64,000 bases of DNA from a virus (lineage: Duplodnaviria; Caudoviricetes): IMG/VR virus record IMGVR_UViG_3300017963_000189, one strand, 5' to 3'. Positions within the stretch are counted from its first letter, which is position 1. Every line of letters starts with the position of its first letter. Positions 17,542-27,753 of this stretch are shown piece by piece. The notes under the pieces were generated by a model. The model saw nothing but the letters and a program-made list of their open reading frames with translations. It was not told where the DNA came from and did not search any database. The position numbers and the translations under genes are program-made.

Positions 17542-18198
17542 TTATTTTATAGGTTTTTTCAAATTTTTCAAGGCTTCTTGTTTCGCTTTAATATCGTTTT
17601 CTAAATCTTTTATTGTAGAATTTAAATCACTTTTATTTGATTCAAGAGCAGTATACCAACTACCTTTTTTACCAATTTTTTCAAGAGATTCATTCCGTGT
17701 ACGAGCATATACAGCAAACAAAGGAGTTCCCATACTATTGCCTTCCATATCACTTTGATATATCAAAAATAATTTTTCAGGAACTACTTTTGGATCAATC
17801 TCAACTAATTCATCATCAGAAAAACTATATCTATAAACATTTCCTTTCTTTCCATTAAATAAATATACATCTCCGTAATCTTTATTCCTTTTCGCTTGAG
17901 AAAATAAAGATTTGATTTTATTTCCCGCAAATTCTACATACCAATCGGCTAATACACCAACTTCTTTCGGCTTTCTTGTTCTTGGATTACCATAATTTTT
18001 CCAATTATCCATAGTCCAATCTGATACATCCAAGTTAGGAGTATTCTTTAGAGCATCCAAAAATTTATCTCTATTTTTCAAAGTAAGTTTGACGGCTTTC
18101 TTACCATATTTCTTAAAAAACGCACCACCAACATTTTCATTCAATAAAAAATTTTGAACTTCCTCTTTAATTATTTCATTCAATCTTGAACGTTTCAT
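17542..18198 (-). CDS. Hypothetical protein, class-B leader
   Basis: MKRSRLNEIIKEEVQNFLLNE; AGGAGA SD. Confidence 0.75.
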   Translation of the reverse strand: MKRSRLNEIIKEEVQNFLLNENVGGAFFKKYGKKAVKLTLKNRDKFLDALKNTPNLDVSDWTMDNWKNYGNPRTRKPKEVGVLADWYVEFAGNKIKSLFSQAKRNKDYGDVYLFNGKKGNVYRYSFSDDELVEIDPKVVPEKLFLIYQSDMEGNSMGTPLFAVYARTRNESLEKIGKKGSWYTALESNKSDLNSTIKDLENDIKAKQEALKNLKKPIK

Positions 18199-18207
18199 TT
18201 TTTCTCC

Positions 18208-18585
18208 TTATACCCACATTTGACGTTTCTTAAATAAATCAAAAAAGACGGCAGCAATCTCGGCTCGTATTATATCTTTAATCTCTGCAAAATCTTTTCT
18301 ACTCAATGCTTCATCTAATCTTTGTTGTTGTAATTGTCTTTCCTCATAAAGAATAAGTAAATTGTTGTCTAACTCCGCTACCGTCTTATTTTTATCATAC
18401 CATGTAAAACCATGCACCTCTTTTTCTTCGTCAGTATATTTTACTTTCATTCTTTTAAGTTGTTTAAGAGCTTCTGCTTTGTCTTTTACTCTAATAAATA
18501 CTTTACCTTGAGAAGGCAATCCCTTAAACTCTTTTATCATTTCTTCACGAATAATTTCTTTTATTCTATCTTTTGAAATTTTCAT
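18208..18585 (-). CDS. Hypothetical protein, class-B leader
   Basis: MKISKDRIKEIIREEMIKE; C-terminal EIKDIIRAEI copy of the motif. Confidence 0.75.
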   Translation of the reverse strand: MKISKDRIKEIIREEMIKEFKGLPSQGKVFIRVKDKAEALKQLKRMKVKYTDEEKEVHGFTWYDKNKTVAELDNNLLILYEERQLQQQRLDEALSRKDFAEIKDIIRAEIAAVFFDLFKKRQMWV

Positions 18586-18589
18586 ATCT

Positions 18590-19153
18590 TTACCTTATCT
18601 TTTTGGCGGCCGCATTCATTTTACCTGAATCCAACACTTGTTGTATCAAATGATATGTATCTAATGGATTAGCATATCCAAGTTTTTTATGTTCCGTACT
18701 TAAAAAATCTAATATGTCTTTCCTTACTTGATTTAGTGTTTCGCCAGTGAAATGTAATTCATTGACCCTCTCACCACCTAAATTATCCTCACCAGGTTCC
18801 TCAGTCAAATCTATTAAATCCCACGACATAGGCCAGTTGTATTTTATGTTCTTTATCTTTTCACCACTTAATCGGGCTGCTTCATCTCGTTTCATTGTCG
18901 TTGTCGGTGTGTGAATGTTTCCACCTTTGTAATACTCGCCCGTTGTCTTTCGTTGTAATAAATAATATTTATTCTTATCAACATCAATACTATTTGGAGT
19001 CATTTGTTGCCCAACTGGCTTTATCGCTTCTTGTCTAATTTTAGGATTAAGAAGTTCTTTCATTTTTATAGGATTTTCATTCAATCTATAATATGTTGAA
19101 CGATCATACGCATCCTCTTTTCCTAACATTTTATACCAAAGTTTTTTATCCAT
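18590..19153 (-). CDS. Hypothetical protein, class-C-like leader
   Basis: MDKKLWYKMLGKE; RLNE and RVNE sites. Confidence 0.75.
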   Translation of the reverse strand: MDKKLWYKMLGKEDAYDRSTYYRLNENPIKMKELLNPKIRQEAIKPVGQQMTPNSIDVDKNKYYLLQRKTTGEYYKGGNIHTPTTTMKRDEAARLSGEKIKNIKYNWPMSWDLIDLTEEPGEDNLGGERVNELHFTGETLNQVRKDILDFLSTEHKKLGYANPLDTYHLIQQVLDSGKMNAAAKKIR

Positions 19154-19159
19154 TTCGTT

Positions 19160-19414
19160 TTATCCCTTTTGAGCATCCATTATACGAGCCCTTACCCATT
19201 CTTGTAATTCTCTAAGCATTAACAACTTGATCATTTTATGATCATATGGTACATTCACTCTTTTTTTGATAAAATCCATTTGTTTCATTTCAGCTTTAAC
19301 CGCAGCATTTATCACTTTATTTAGAACTTCTTTAGCAGCTTTCGCATCATGATTTTTATCTTCACTAACTAAAGTGTTTTCATTTAATATTTTGTTCCAA
19401 GTTTTTTTATCCAT
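19160..19414 (-). CDS. Hypothetical protein, class-C leader
   Basis: MDKKTWNKILNENTLVSE. Confidence 0.75.
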   Translation of the reverse strand: MDKKTWNKILNENTLVSEDKNHDAKAAKEVLNKVINAAVKAEMKQMDFIKKRVNVPYDHKMIKLLMLRELQEWVRARIMDAQKG

Positions 19415-19423
19415 GATTCTTCC

Positions 19424-19633
19424 TTAAAAAGTAATTTCAATTTTCTTAGGCTTATTTTTCATTTTTTTTATTAACGCAACTAACTTATCATATAATTTTT
19501 GATCGTGATCGTGTTTTTTATCAGATGTATTATTAAAAATAATAACTGTACCTTGATAAGACGCAACAAAATCATTCCCACCTTCATTTAAAGTATTTTC
19601 ATTTAAAATTTTATTCCAAGTTTTCTTATCCAT
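19424..19633 (-). CDS. Hypothetical protein, class-C leader
   Basis: MDKKTWNKILNENTLNE. Confidence 0.75.
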   Translation of the reverse strand: MDKKTWNKILNENTLNEGGNDFVASYQGTVIIFNNTSDKKHDHDQKLYDKLVALIKKMKNKPKKIEITF

Positions 19634-20757
19634 TAGAATCTCCGTATCTTATTAATGATCCTTGTCATTTTTTCATTTATCTTGTTCAAGGCTCTATGAG
19701 TATTTTTCCAATATTTTTGTGAATCAATTCCGGTCTCTTGTTTCAAACGAAGATTCAAGTCAATCGTTTTTTCTATCGATTCAAGTTGATTTCTTACGTC
19801 TCTAATGGCGACACCGATTTTTTGTTTGTTGTTCATTGTATCATCGTCACGATAATTTTGATAAGCTCCACGGCGACCCTCTTTGACCACTTTTATTACT
19901 TGACCAGAAGAATCTTCTACAGATATTTTAGCCCCTTTGTTATCCTTTTTCATCACACTAATAACATCGTCTATCTCTTTGTGATCAGTTGTATGAAATT
20001 GATCCACTACCTTATTATTCTTTATAGCAACTATTGAATAACTTTTTCTCGCTTCATTTACACTTTCATTCGTTGATCCCATATATGATTTTATTTCATT
20101 TAAAAAATAAGTTAAATCGGACAACTCAGCTAATCCCCAACTCTCATTTCGCCGTCTCGCTAAATTTAACTTTTTAATATAAGAATCTAACTTTTTCATC
20201 ATTCCTTTTTTGTCGGCTTTCGCTTCATTTATAATACCTTCCTCTAACTTGTCGCCACCACCGGTAAATGGACGCTTACCACCAAAATTACCAAAATCTT
20301 GTTTATCAGATTGAGTTACTTCTTGATATAATTCAATCGTTATTTCTTCATTCAATCCACTTCTTACTTTCATTTCAGCAAACTTCTTACGATATACTAA
20401 TGATTCTTTACGAGCATTTGCTAAATCTTCCCAATCCCGATCCTCAGGATCATTTACAAGTTTATATCCAAGTTGTTGTGAAATTTCCCTTGTCCTATCC
20501 TTCAAACTCTTGGCGAAAGCATATGGAGTTTGGTATCCATCTTGACCGCCCATGGCAGTTACTGAACTCACTTCGTCAAGTTCTTCATCTTTTCGTTTAT
20601 CACACGTTTCATTCTTTTCACATTTCTCACACGGCGTTCCACATTCGCCAATATCACATTTATCTTTTTCCTCGTCCTCAATGTCAAATTGATCCATTTC
20701 TTGTTCAATCATTGTTCGTATCAATTCACGAATATCACTTTCATTTAAATTAGCCAT
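19633..20757 (-). CDS. Multi-module head-associated protein
   Basis: Start at 20757 (MANLNE, AGGAGA SD); Cys-rich acidic segment, GGQDGYQTPYAF motif, and ELDE/GLNE/IINE/SVNE/VVKE sites. Confidence 0.7.
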   Translation of the reverse strand: MANLNESDIRELIRTMIEQEMDQFDIEDEEKDKCDIGECGTPCEKCEKNETCDKRKDEELDEVSSVTAMGGQDGYQTPYAFAKSLKDRTREISQQLGYKLVNDPEDRDWEDLANARKESLVYRKKFAEMKVRSGLNEEITIELYQEVTQSDKQDFGNFGGKRPFTGGGDKLEEGIINEAKADKKGMMKKLDSYIKKLNLARRRNESWGLAELSDLTYFLNEIKSYMGSTNESVNEARKSYSIVAIKNNKVVDQFHTTDHKEIDDVISVMKKDNKGAKISVEDSSGQVIKVVKEGRRGAYQNYRDDDTMNNKQKIGVAIRDVRNQLESIEKTIDLNLRLKQETGIDSQKYWKNTHRALNKINEKMTRIINKIRRF

Positions 20758-21670
20758 TGACTTTCTCCTTGTTAGGACAATCAACAACTTTTTTGACTTC
20801 TTTCAATAACTCAAAATATCTCATAAGTTGAACAAGTTGTTCTTCACTTACTACTTTACCACGTTTTAGTTTTTCAATGTTTGGTATAACACCTTCAACT
20901 TTTATTTGAGTCGCCTTATCTTCTATTTTAGGAATAAGTTGTGTTACTTCATCATTCACTCTATCAACTTCAGCATCAACGTATTCACGGAATTGATTTG
21001 TGTTTGACACATTATAGATATATTCACGAAGTAAGTTCTTTTGAGCAGAATCTAAACCATCGTATTTCTCATTGAATTTTTCAGTCATAGTTTTATATGT
21101 GATCAATCTCAAATCTTCAGTCATCTTCTTATATTCTTCGATAGCTTTATCATTTTCACTAACTTCAGGTTTAGTAGGTTGAGTTTGTGTTCCAATGATA
21201 TGTTCTATAAGAGTTGATTGACATTGAACTTTTTCGGCAGGTGGCAACTCACCATCTTCAGATGTAGCTGCTTCGAAAAGCTGATATATGGATGCTAAAT
21301 TTTTGTAATTAGGTAATTTACTCCTAAAAAATTCATCCACATTATAATTTTCTTTAATCTCTTTAATAAGATTATATTTTTCTTTACGTAAAGATGTATT
21401 GTTGATCTTCTTACGAGAATCAATAGATTCACTAATTAAATCTTTTGCTCGATTTTCAGATTGAAATTTGGTTTCCATTAATCCTTTGTATAAAGACAAC
21501 TCTTTAGATAATGGTTTTCCATTTCCATAATATCTTTTAATCAACTTTATCGCAAACGATTCATCGTTATCTTTACTTTCGTTTAACGCATCCGCAGTAG
21601 TTTGTCTTACTAAAAGCTCAAATAATAGTCCCGTGTTTTTGAACTTAGAATGTTTGATTCTTTTCATCAA
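20750..21670 (-). CDS. Hypothetical helical protein next to portal
   Basis: IKHSKFKNTGLLFELLVRQ N-terminus; AGGGGA SD; own upstream motif. Confidence 0.75.
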   Translation of the reverse strand: MMKRIKHSKFKNTGLLFELLVRQTTADALNESKDNDESFAIKLIKRYYGNGKPLSKELSLYKGLMETKFQSENRAKDLISESIDSRKKINNTSLRKEKYNLIKEIKENYNVDEFFRSKLPNYKNLASIYQLFEAATSEDGELPPAEKVQCQSTLIEHIIGTQTQPTKPEVSENDKAIEEYKKMTEDLRLITYKTMTEKFNEKYDGLDSAQKNLLREYIYNVSNTNQFREYVDAEVDRVNDEVTQLIPKIEDKATQIKVEGVIPNIEKLKRGKVVSEEQLVQLMRYFELLKEVKKVVDCPNKEKVNG

Positions 21671-21717
21671 TATTCCCCTTATCAGATTTTTTCTTCTAAT
21701 AAATCATATTCTATCAC

Positions 21718-21728
21718 ATATAAATATA
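21718..21728 (-). promoter_or_regulatory. TATATTTATAT motif
   Basis: Exact 11-mer between the portal stop and the next start. Confidence 0.6.
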
Positions 21729-21741
21729 ATATAATTTTCTT

Positions 21742-23616
21742 TTACTCTTTATTTTCTTCAATTTCGTCGCCAGAACCACTATTTTCGGTTATTTCTTGTC
21801 CTTCATCAACAAAATAGTTTTCTAACTTCTTAAAATCCACTTCCGTGATAACTTTTTTTGTTGTTAATATTTCTTTACCAAAAGCAGCTTCAGCTTTCCG
21901 TTTATTTCTTTGTAAATGTTTCTTTTTATTGGCGTCATATCCAACATCTTGATCCAATTTCATAATGTTTTGATAATCTTTTTTACCTATTGGATCATCA
22001 CCAAATGGATCATCTTTTTTTCTTGTTCGAGCATTCCCGCTTTTACGACCATCTTCCGACGGCTTCACAGGAACATATTCTTTTTCTTCATCGAATTGTA
22101 AATTAAAGTTTTTATTCTCACCAAATTGATCAGGATTACTTCCACCAAAACCTTGATCACTTTCAGCGGGATCATTACCCTCGTCCTCAATTTGTTGTAA
22201 TCTATAAACTCTCTTTTGATCGTCAATGACACCTTTCTTTTCTTCGGCGATTTCATCTTCCGTCATCTTCCATACATTTTTGTAAATCCAATTATCACTC
22301 AACATTTTCAAATCTTTTATATCTCTCGCCAAACTTGTTTTTGAATTCCAAATCTCGATTTTTTCTTGTTCGTAAATCGTAGATGGATTTGTTAACTCAA
22401 TCTCAAAATCAACTAAATCATTACCCTCAAATCCTTGAATGTATAAATGAACAAGGGCGACCTTTGTAAGCTCAGATACGATAATTTTTTGAATTCTCTC
22501 TATCGTTCGAGCAAATCGAACATCCTCAGCAGCCAACGTCGCTTTTCCACCGACTTCTTCCTCATATCCCAAGAACGCTTTAGGAATTTTAAGGGCAGCC
22601 ATTAACTTGTTTCTCAAGTATTCAATATCATCTATTTGACCATCATTTGACAAACCACTCAAAGAATCAATGTCAGTTCCACTATCCCCACCACGAACAG
22701 GAAGATAAAAATCTTCCGTCATATTTTGAAGATTGAACTTTAAGTTATATTCGCCAGTTTGTGGATCAATGTAAGGAACTTTCTTAACTTGTGAAATAAT
22801 CTTTTTCATGTAGGCGTCAACTTCATTCGGAGCAATATTTCCTACATCAACTTTAAAAATTCTTCGTTCAGGAGCTCTCATGATTCTATGAATCAACATA
22901 GCATCTTCCATAAGAATTAATTGTTTCCAAACCCTACGACCTGGCTCAATCATTGATTTTCCATATGGTAAAAAGTTTGAATCAGTCATCATTCTAAAAT
23001 GAGCAACTTCAAACATTTCCAATTCAGCCTTTCCGCTCGGCCCCTCAACTACAAATTGAACCGCAGTTGGTTTATTTGGATCAGCACCTTCCACACGTTT
23101 TACATCATAAACAGGTAATGGTAAAACATTCACTACTCCAAACTTTTCTGCTAACTCTAATTGTAAATAATAATCACCATATTTACACATTCCCCTTATC
23201 CATGTTGGTAAGGTGAATTCTACATTCATAATATCATAAAATAAATTCTCTAACACTTTTCTTACATTAGAACTTCCAGCTTTAATTCTAATCATGTCGC
23301 CCATTTCATTCTTCGTTGTCGTTTCTTCAGAATAAATGTCAAGTGCTGACGCTATGATCGAATCACTGTCCATAACTTCATAATCACGAAATAACTGCAG
23401 ACGCTGTGCTTCCATTCCATATAACGCTTGTTGTTGACGAAGGGCGTAATTAACGGTTGAATACATCCTCGTGAATTTATCATTACGATGTGTCAAACCA
23501 AATCGTTGTATTTGCCCAGTATCAACAACCTTGAGTTGTTTTCCACCAATATTGCGAATAACAACATCGGAAGAAAACATCTTTTTTAATTGTGCAAATA
23601 ATTTGTTGTCTGCCAT
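21742..23616 (-). CDS. gp20: Portal protein (T4 gp20-like)
   Basis: YGKSMIEPGRRVWKQL.LMEDAMLIHRIMRAPERRIFKVDVGN, EDFYLPVRG, DDIEYLRNKL.AALKIPKAFL motifs. Confidence 0.95.
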   Translation of the reverse strand: MADNKLFAQLKKMFSSDVVIRNIGGKQLKVVDTGQIQRFGLTHRNDKFTRMYSTVNYALRQQQALYGMEAQRLQLFRDYEVMDSDSIIASALDIYSEETTTKNEMGDMIRIKAGSSNVRKVLENLFYDIMNVEFTLPTWIRGMCKYGDYYLQLELAEKFGVVNVLPLPVYDVKRVEGADPNKPTAVQFVVEGPSGKAELEMFEVAHFRMMTDSNFLPYGKSMIEPGRRVWKQLILMEDAMLIHRIMRAPERRIFKVDVGNIAPNEVDAYMKKIISQVKKVPYIDPQTGEYNLKFNLQNMTEDFYLPVRGGDSGTDIDSLSGLSNDGQIDDIEYLRNKLMAALKIPKAFLGYEEEVGGKATLAAEDVRFARTIERIQKIIVSELTKVALVHLYIQGFEGNDLVDFEIELTNPSTIYEQEKIEIWNSKTSLARDIKDLKMLSDNWIYKNVWKMTEDEIAEEKKGVIDDQKRVYRLQQIEDEGNDPAESDQGFGGSNPDQFGENKNFNLQFDEEKEYVPVKPSEDGRKSGNARTRKKDDPFGDDPIGKKDYQNIMKLDQDVGYDANKKKHLQRNKRKAEAAFGKEILTTKKVITEVDFKKLENYFVDEGQEITENSGSGDEIEENKE

Positions 23617-23651
23617 TTTTTATCCTTTTCTATTATATCTAACTATCCTAC

Positions 23652-23661
23652 ATATAAATAT
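23652..23661 (-). promoter_or_regulatory. ATATTTATAT motif upstream of portal
   Basis: 10 of 11 bases match, about 36 nt upstream of the portal ATG. Confidence 0.55.
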
Positions 23662-23685
23662 TTATTTATCAAATATTTGTTTTTT

Positions 23686-24045
23686 TTATATGTCCACTAC
23701 TTTTGTTCCGGGTTTCGGCTTAAATCCAACTTTTTTCATTACAGTTATAATCGTCAACTCTAATATATCACCTTTTTCTTTTAATATACCTACAAGATTT
23801 AGTTTTGTCCTTGAATCTCGTATAAGAATATAATCTCCAACATTTATGTTGTCGCCAATTAATTCCCGACTTATCGGCTCAATCGCTCTCTGAGCAACCG
23901 CAAGAATCTCCTTGTCAGTAATTTCCTCAGCGTGTCTAAATTGACGCTGACCGGCATGAACAGTCTTGTCTAACTCAATCGTTACATTGATCTTGCGAGA
24001 TACTTTACCAATAGATTTTTCCATAAGTTGTTTTAGTTTTATCAT
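23686..24045 (-). CDS. Hypothetical protein, class-A leader (MIKLKQLME)
   Basis: ORF track; ATGA overlap with the upstream gene. Confidence 0.75.
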   Translation of the reverse strand: MIKLKQLMEKSIGKVSRKINVTIELDKTVHAGQRQFRHAEEITDKEILAVAQRAIEPISRELIGDNINVGDYILIRDSRTKLNLVGILKEKGDILELTIITVMKKVGFKPKPGTKVVDI

Positions 24046-24926
24046 AATCCCGTAGCACCTTCACCTTTTTTCCAACCTTGTTTCGCCCGAATGGCGAAAA
24101 GAAGTTGACCCATAAGTTTTTTATCGGCTTCAGTTGATGTCTTTTTCGCTTTAAGAGCAGCAACTTGTTTTTTAAGTTGTCCAATGGTTTTATCGGCATG
24201 TTGTCCCGTACTCTTTACATCTACATCACCTTCCCATTTTTCCATCAATACCTCTCTAACCACTTTGCGAATCATTTCTTTCAATTCACTTTTCTTCATG
24301 GTTATTTCTCCCAAATGATCTTTTAATATAAGGGCATATTTTGACCAATCTTTAGGTAAAATCATACTCTTATCTTTTGGTTGTCCTTTTAACACCTTTA
24401 TTCCATCTGGCGTAAACAACATAAGTTTTTTAGATTTTGGTAATTGTCCAATAATACCTTTTCCACTAAGAAAGTTTTTTGTTAACTCTTTCTTTTGATC
24501 TTGTGGAATGGGCATTTTTTCTATTCTAAAATCTATTCCATCAATACCCTTTTCATCATAGTCGCCGTGTGGCAATTCACATATCAAACTTTCATTCACA
24601 ATACTTTCTCCTATATTTCCAACAAACCCAATTTTCCAAGGCGTTGGCGAATATTCACTCCATTTTGACTTGTCTACCTCAACATCAAACATCTTTCCCA
24701 TAAATGTAAATCGACCCGCTAACTTGTCGATTGTTCCCGTTTTCGCCGAGTTCGCGATCTTCTTTATGATGTTTTTGTATTTTGGTACTTCGTCTGGCGA
24801 TTTTTTCAAGGCTTCATATACTTTCTTCCAAATCTTACCAAACTCTTGTAAGGTTTTCCGGTCTTCTGGTAAATTGACAGTCCCTCTATCAACCTGAACC
24901 TTGACCTTTTCTAATAATTTTTCCAT
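24042..24926 (-). CDS. Multi-module hypothetical protein
   Basis: MEKLLE leader, IVNE site, and internal MKKSELKEMIRKVVREVLME leader before the last module. Confidence 0.75.
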   Translation of the reverse strand: MEKLLEKVKVQVDRGTVNLPEDRKTLQEFGKIWKKVYEALKKSPDEVPKYKNIIKKIANSAKTGTIDKLAGRFTFMGKMFDVEVDKSKWSEYSPTPWKIGFVGNIGESIVNESLICELPHGDYDEKGIDGIDFRIEKMPIPQDQKKELTKNFLSGKGIIGQLPKSKKLMLFTPDGIKVLKGQPKDKSMILPKDWSKYALILKDHLGEITMKKSELKEMIRKVVREVLMEKWEGDVDVKSTGQHADKTIGQLKKQVAALKAKKTSTEADKKLMGQLLFAIRAKQGWKKGEGATGL

Positions 24927-25090
24927 TACTTACTTTCTATCCCTAAAATGTTTTGTACATCTATTAAAGGAATGTCTAAAATCTTTGTAAGTGATTCCAC
25001 ACTAAGTTCCTTATCTTTATAAATAGTTTCCACTTCCAATTTAACCTTTTCTTCCACTTCCGTGACATTTTCCTTTACTTGATCGGCCAT
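24926..25090 (-). CDS. Small hypothetical protein (54 aa, possible HTH)
   Basis: Below the ORF-track cutoff; translated by hand: MADQVKENVTEVEEKVKLEVETIYKDKELSVESLTKILDIPLIDVQNILGIESK. AGGGGA SD; TAATG overlap with the next gene. Confidence 0.65.
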   Translation of the reverse strand: MADQVKENVTEVEEKVKLEVETIYKDKELSVESLTKILDIPLIDVQNILGIESK

Positions 25091-25101
25091 CGTAATTCCC
25101 C

Positions 25102-25377
25102 TTACTTCATTCCCATTGATTTTCGTTTTCTCATTGAAATTCTTCGTTTTCTATTTATTTGTGATTTTTTCGCCTTTCGTTTCTTGGCGGCTTTCCTCTG
25201 CGCGATCTTTCGCCTCATTTTCTCGCCCGCTGACATTTTTTTGTACTTACCACCTACTACCTTGAAGCCCTTTTTGGGTTTCTTCCGACGTATCTTCTTA
25301 CCCTTGCGGATTACATACTTGTACGCCTCACCTAAAATTTCCTCGTCTATGTCCTCTAATATATCAAATAGTTTCAT
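25102..25377 (-). CDS. Prohead core protein, gp68-like (acidic propeptide plus very basic domain)
   Basis: MKLFDILEDIDEEILGE, then a K/R-rich domain ending RKRRISMRKRKSMGMK; compare the T4 gp68 end RKRKKALKRRKALGLS as recalled. Confidence 0.55.
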   Translation of the reverse strand: MKLFDILEDIDEEILGEAYKYVIRKGKKIRRKKPKKGFKVVGGKYKKMSAGEKMRRKIAQRKAAKKRKAKKSQINRKRRISMRKRKSMGMK

Positions 25378-25378
25378 A

Positions 25379-27010
25379 TTAATAAAATTGTTTTAAACTA
25401 ATTACTTCTTTTCCAATGTCCATTTCATTAGGATCACGAGTTATTATTCCTGGCTTGTAAACACCTAAATCTAACTCAGATTTTCCTATCCTATCTAACG
25501 CCATCTTAGTCAACTCAATCCCTTCACTTCTTAGCCGTAACGCTGTGTCCCTGACCCATAATAAAATACCTAACGACATTACTAAATCGTCATTTCGTCC
25601 ACTTTGAGCCTCAGCTTTACCGTGATTCCAAATGAATACCTTTAATTCATTTATCAATCGTTGAGAATAAATTTTGAAGGCATTATCTTCATTATTATTA
25701 TCCTCAAAATATCTTTCTATTTTAGCAATTAATAGGGCTCTATTTCTATGTGTTGTGGCGAAACCTGGTTTCATCTTTTTCATGTCACGATTTATTTTGT
25801 TGTTTATGTTTCGCATCGAATCAACATATTGTAAATCGTTACTTGAGTAAAATAAGTTTTGATAATTTATATCAATAAGTTCTTGAATAGTATCCCAACC
25901 GACATTCTCACGTTCAACAACGATCAAAGCGTTGTTGTATTCCACTCCAACGGCAGCAAGGAGTCTACCATATTCACGAGTGTTAGCTTGACCTTTATAC
26001 TCAGCAACCTGAGTTAAACTTTCCGCATCAAATACATGGAACGCGGAATAATCACTCCCGTCGCCTCGAGCAACGTCAGCAGCTATAATGTAAGAACGAG
26101 AATAATCGGGATATTCCCAAATCCATAACCCTTTATCAATAGAACGTTTTTCATTAGGCTCTCTTACAAAAGAATCTTCATAAAATTTCAATGTCATAAG
26201 ATCAACAACATTATTACCTGAAGCAAGAAAGTCAGCATCACATTCCTGAGAGGCAAGTCTTACACCTAAATCAACATCTTGTTTGTCTCTCCATTTTTGA
26301 TCTCTTTCCGGATGAACAGTCCATTTCAATGAAATAGTTTCGAAATTATTTTTCTTTTCTGTAGCGTCACTCCACATATCATAAAACCAATTACCCATAC
26401 CGTTAGGAGTTGATAATACAATACAATCTCCACCAGTATCAAGAGTTGATTTAGCAGCACCCCAGATTTCAACGATGTCACGAACGAACGCAGCTTCATC
26501 AATAATAAGAAGTGACAATGCTTCAGAACGACCAGCAGTTGGCGAACTTGAGACAGCTTTTATTTGTGATCCATTTTTAAAGGCAAGAGACATTTTGTTA
26601 TCTTCCAATGTTTGAGTTTTTAACCAACTTGGAAGTCCATCATACATAACTCTTACTTTTGTTATTAAGTTTTTCGCCACTTCCTTTTTCGTGGCGATTA
26701 CCAATATGTTTTGATCCTCGTTGAATAACATTAACCATAACGCGTAGGCAGCAGTCAACGTCGATAATCCTAACTGACGTGACTTTAAAATAATAGTATA
26801 AGCAGCTTCCTCAGTCCCACGATTACGAGCAAATACATTCGTACAATCCTCTTGAAATGGATATAAAATGAACGGTACTTTCCCACGTTTCGGATGTTGA
26901 ATAATACAATACTTCTTAAAGAAATAATTAGCTTCCCGAGCACAATGTTTATACTCACCAGCTATTATTTGTTTTAATGTCTTTTTCTTTACAGGTAATT
27001 GTTGTACCAT
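25379..27010 (-). CDS. gp17: Terminase large subunit (gp17-like)
   Basis: ILKSRQLGLST (Walker A region), LLIIDEAAF (Walker B), STPNG, AADVARGDGSDYS and DDLVMS nuclease motifs. Confidence 0.95.
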   Translation of the reverse strand: MVQQLPVKKKTLKQIIAGEYKHCAREANYFFKKYCIIQHPKRGKVPFILYPFQEDCTNVFARNRGTEEAAYTIILKSRQLGLSTLTAAYALWLMLFNEDQNILVIATKKEVAKNLITKVRVMYDGLPSWLKTQTLEDNKMSLAFKNGSQIKAVSSSPTAGRSEALSLLIIDEAAFVRDIVEIWGAAKSTLDTGGDCIVLSTPNGMGNWFYDMWSDATEKKNNFETISLKWTVHPERDQKWRDKQDVDLGVRLASQECDADFLASGNNVVDLMTLKFYEDSFVREPNEKRSIDKGLWIWEYPDYSRSYIIAADVARGDGSDYSAFHVFDAESLTQVAEYKGQANTREYGRLLAAVGVEYNNALIVVERENVGWDTIQELIDINYQNLFYSSNDLQYVDSMRNINNKINRDMKKMKPGFATTHRNRALLIAKIERYFEDNNNEDNAFKIYSQRLINELKVFIWNHGKAEAQSGRNDDLVMSLGILLWVRDTALRLRSEGIELTKMALDRIGKSELDLGVYKPGIITRDPNEMDIGKEVISLKQFY

Positions 27011-27019
27011 TTCATTCTC

Positions 27020-27406
27020 TTATTTCAATAATAATACGGCTGCTACTACTAAAATTAGTCCACCACCACGAGTTACCCACAACTCAAGATTTTGTTTTTG
27101 TATCTTCCTATTCAATAGGGCAATTTGTTCTTTTCTCATTTCAAGTTGTTCGTCTTTCTTCGTCACAATCGAGTCACACAACATATTCGCTTGTGTTAAA
27201 TCGCTCACTTCCATTTGAAATAAACTCATTCGTTGTTCATACATCGTATTCAATGTATCACAATCATCAAGGGCTTGTTCAAGTTCCTTTGTTGTTTCTT
27301 GAATGTAATTCCAATCTTCTTTCGCCACTTTTAATGAATCATCTTGAGCAAATACGATTGAAGATGTCATTAAAATAGTCAAAATAAATATAATCGATAA
27401 CCTCAT
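27020..27406 (-). CDS. Signal-peptide / coiled-coil / C-terminal TM protein (spanin-like candidate)
   Basis: N-terminal signal (VFA-Q), heptad-rich middle and hydrophobic C-terminus; no lipobox Cys seen. Confidence 0.35.
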   Translation of the reverse strand: MRLSIIFILTILMTSSIVFAQDDSLKVAKEDWNYIQETTKELEQALDDCDTLNTMYEQRMSLFQMEVSDLTQANMLCDSIVTKKDEQLEMRKEQIALLNRKIQKQNLELWVTRGGGLILVVAAVLLLK

Positions 27407-27408
27407 GA

Positions 27409-27735
27409 TTAACTCCCATTCTTTTTATTATACTTATCGAAGATGTTTTTCATCTTCTCTCTCTTGTCACTCAAATCAACCTTTTGAGATTTCTTCTTTT
27501 TAATTTCCTTATCTAACTTCTTTCCCTCTTTTGAAGTGGCGTCGGCAGAATCTAAATGTTTCTTCCGCTTGTCCTCTAAATCCTTGATCTCTTTTTCCTT
27601 TTCGCCAATCTTGTCCTCTAACGCTGCAACCTTCTCGTCGGTTTTGTCCTTCGATGTTAAAACATACAAAGCAACAGCTCCAACTATCGCCAGAGCGCCA
27701 AGAATCCACTTCCACGCGGTTTTTAACCAACTCAT
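27409..27735 (-). CDS. N-terminal TM plus coiled-coil protein (i-spanin-like candidate)
   Basis: WILGALAIVGAVALYVL followed by a charged coiled coil. Confidence 0.4.
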   Translation of the reverse strand: MSWLKTAWKWILGALAIVGAVALYVLTSKDKTDEKVAALEDKIGEKEKEIKDLEDKRKKHLDSADATSKEGKKLDKEIKKKKSQKVDLSDKREKMKNIFDKYNKKNGS

Positions 27736-27753
27736 AACTTTTCCCCTTTCTTT

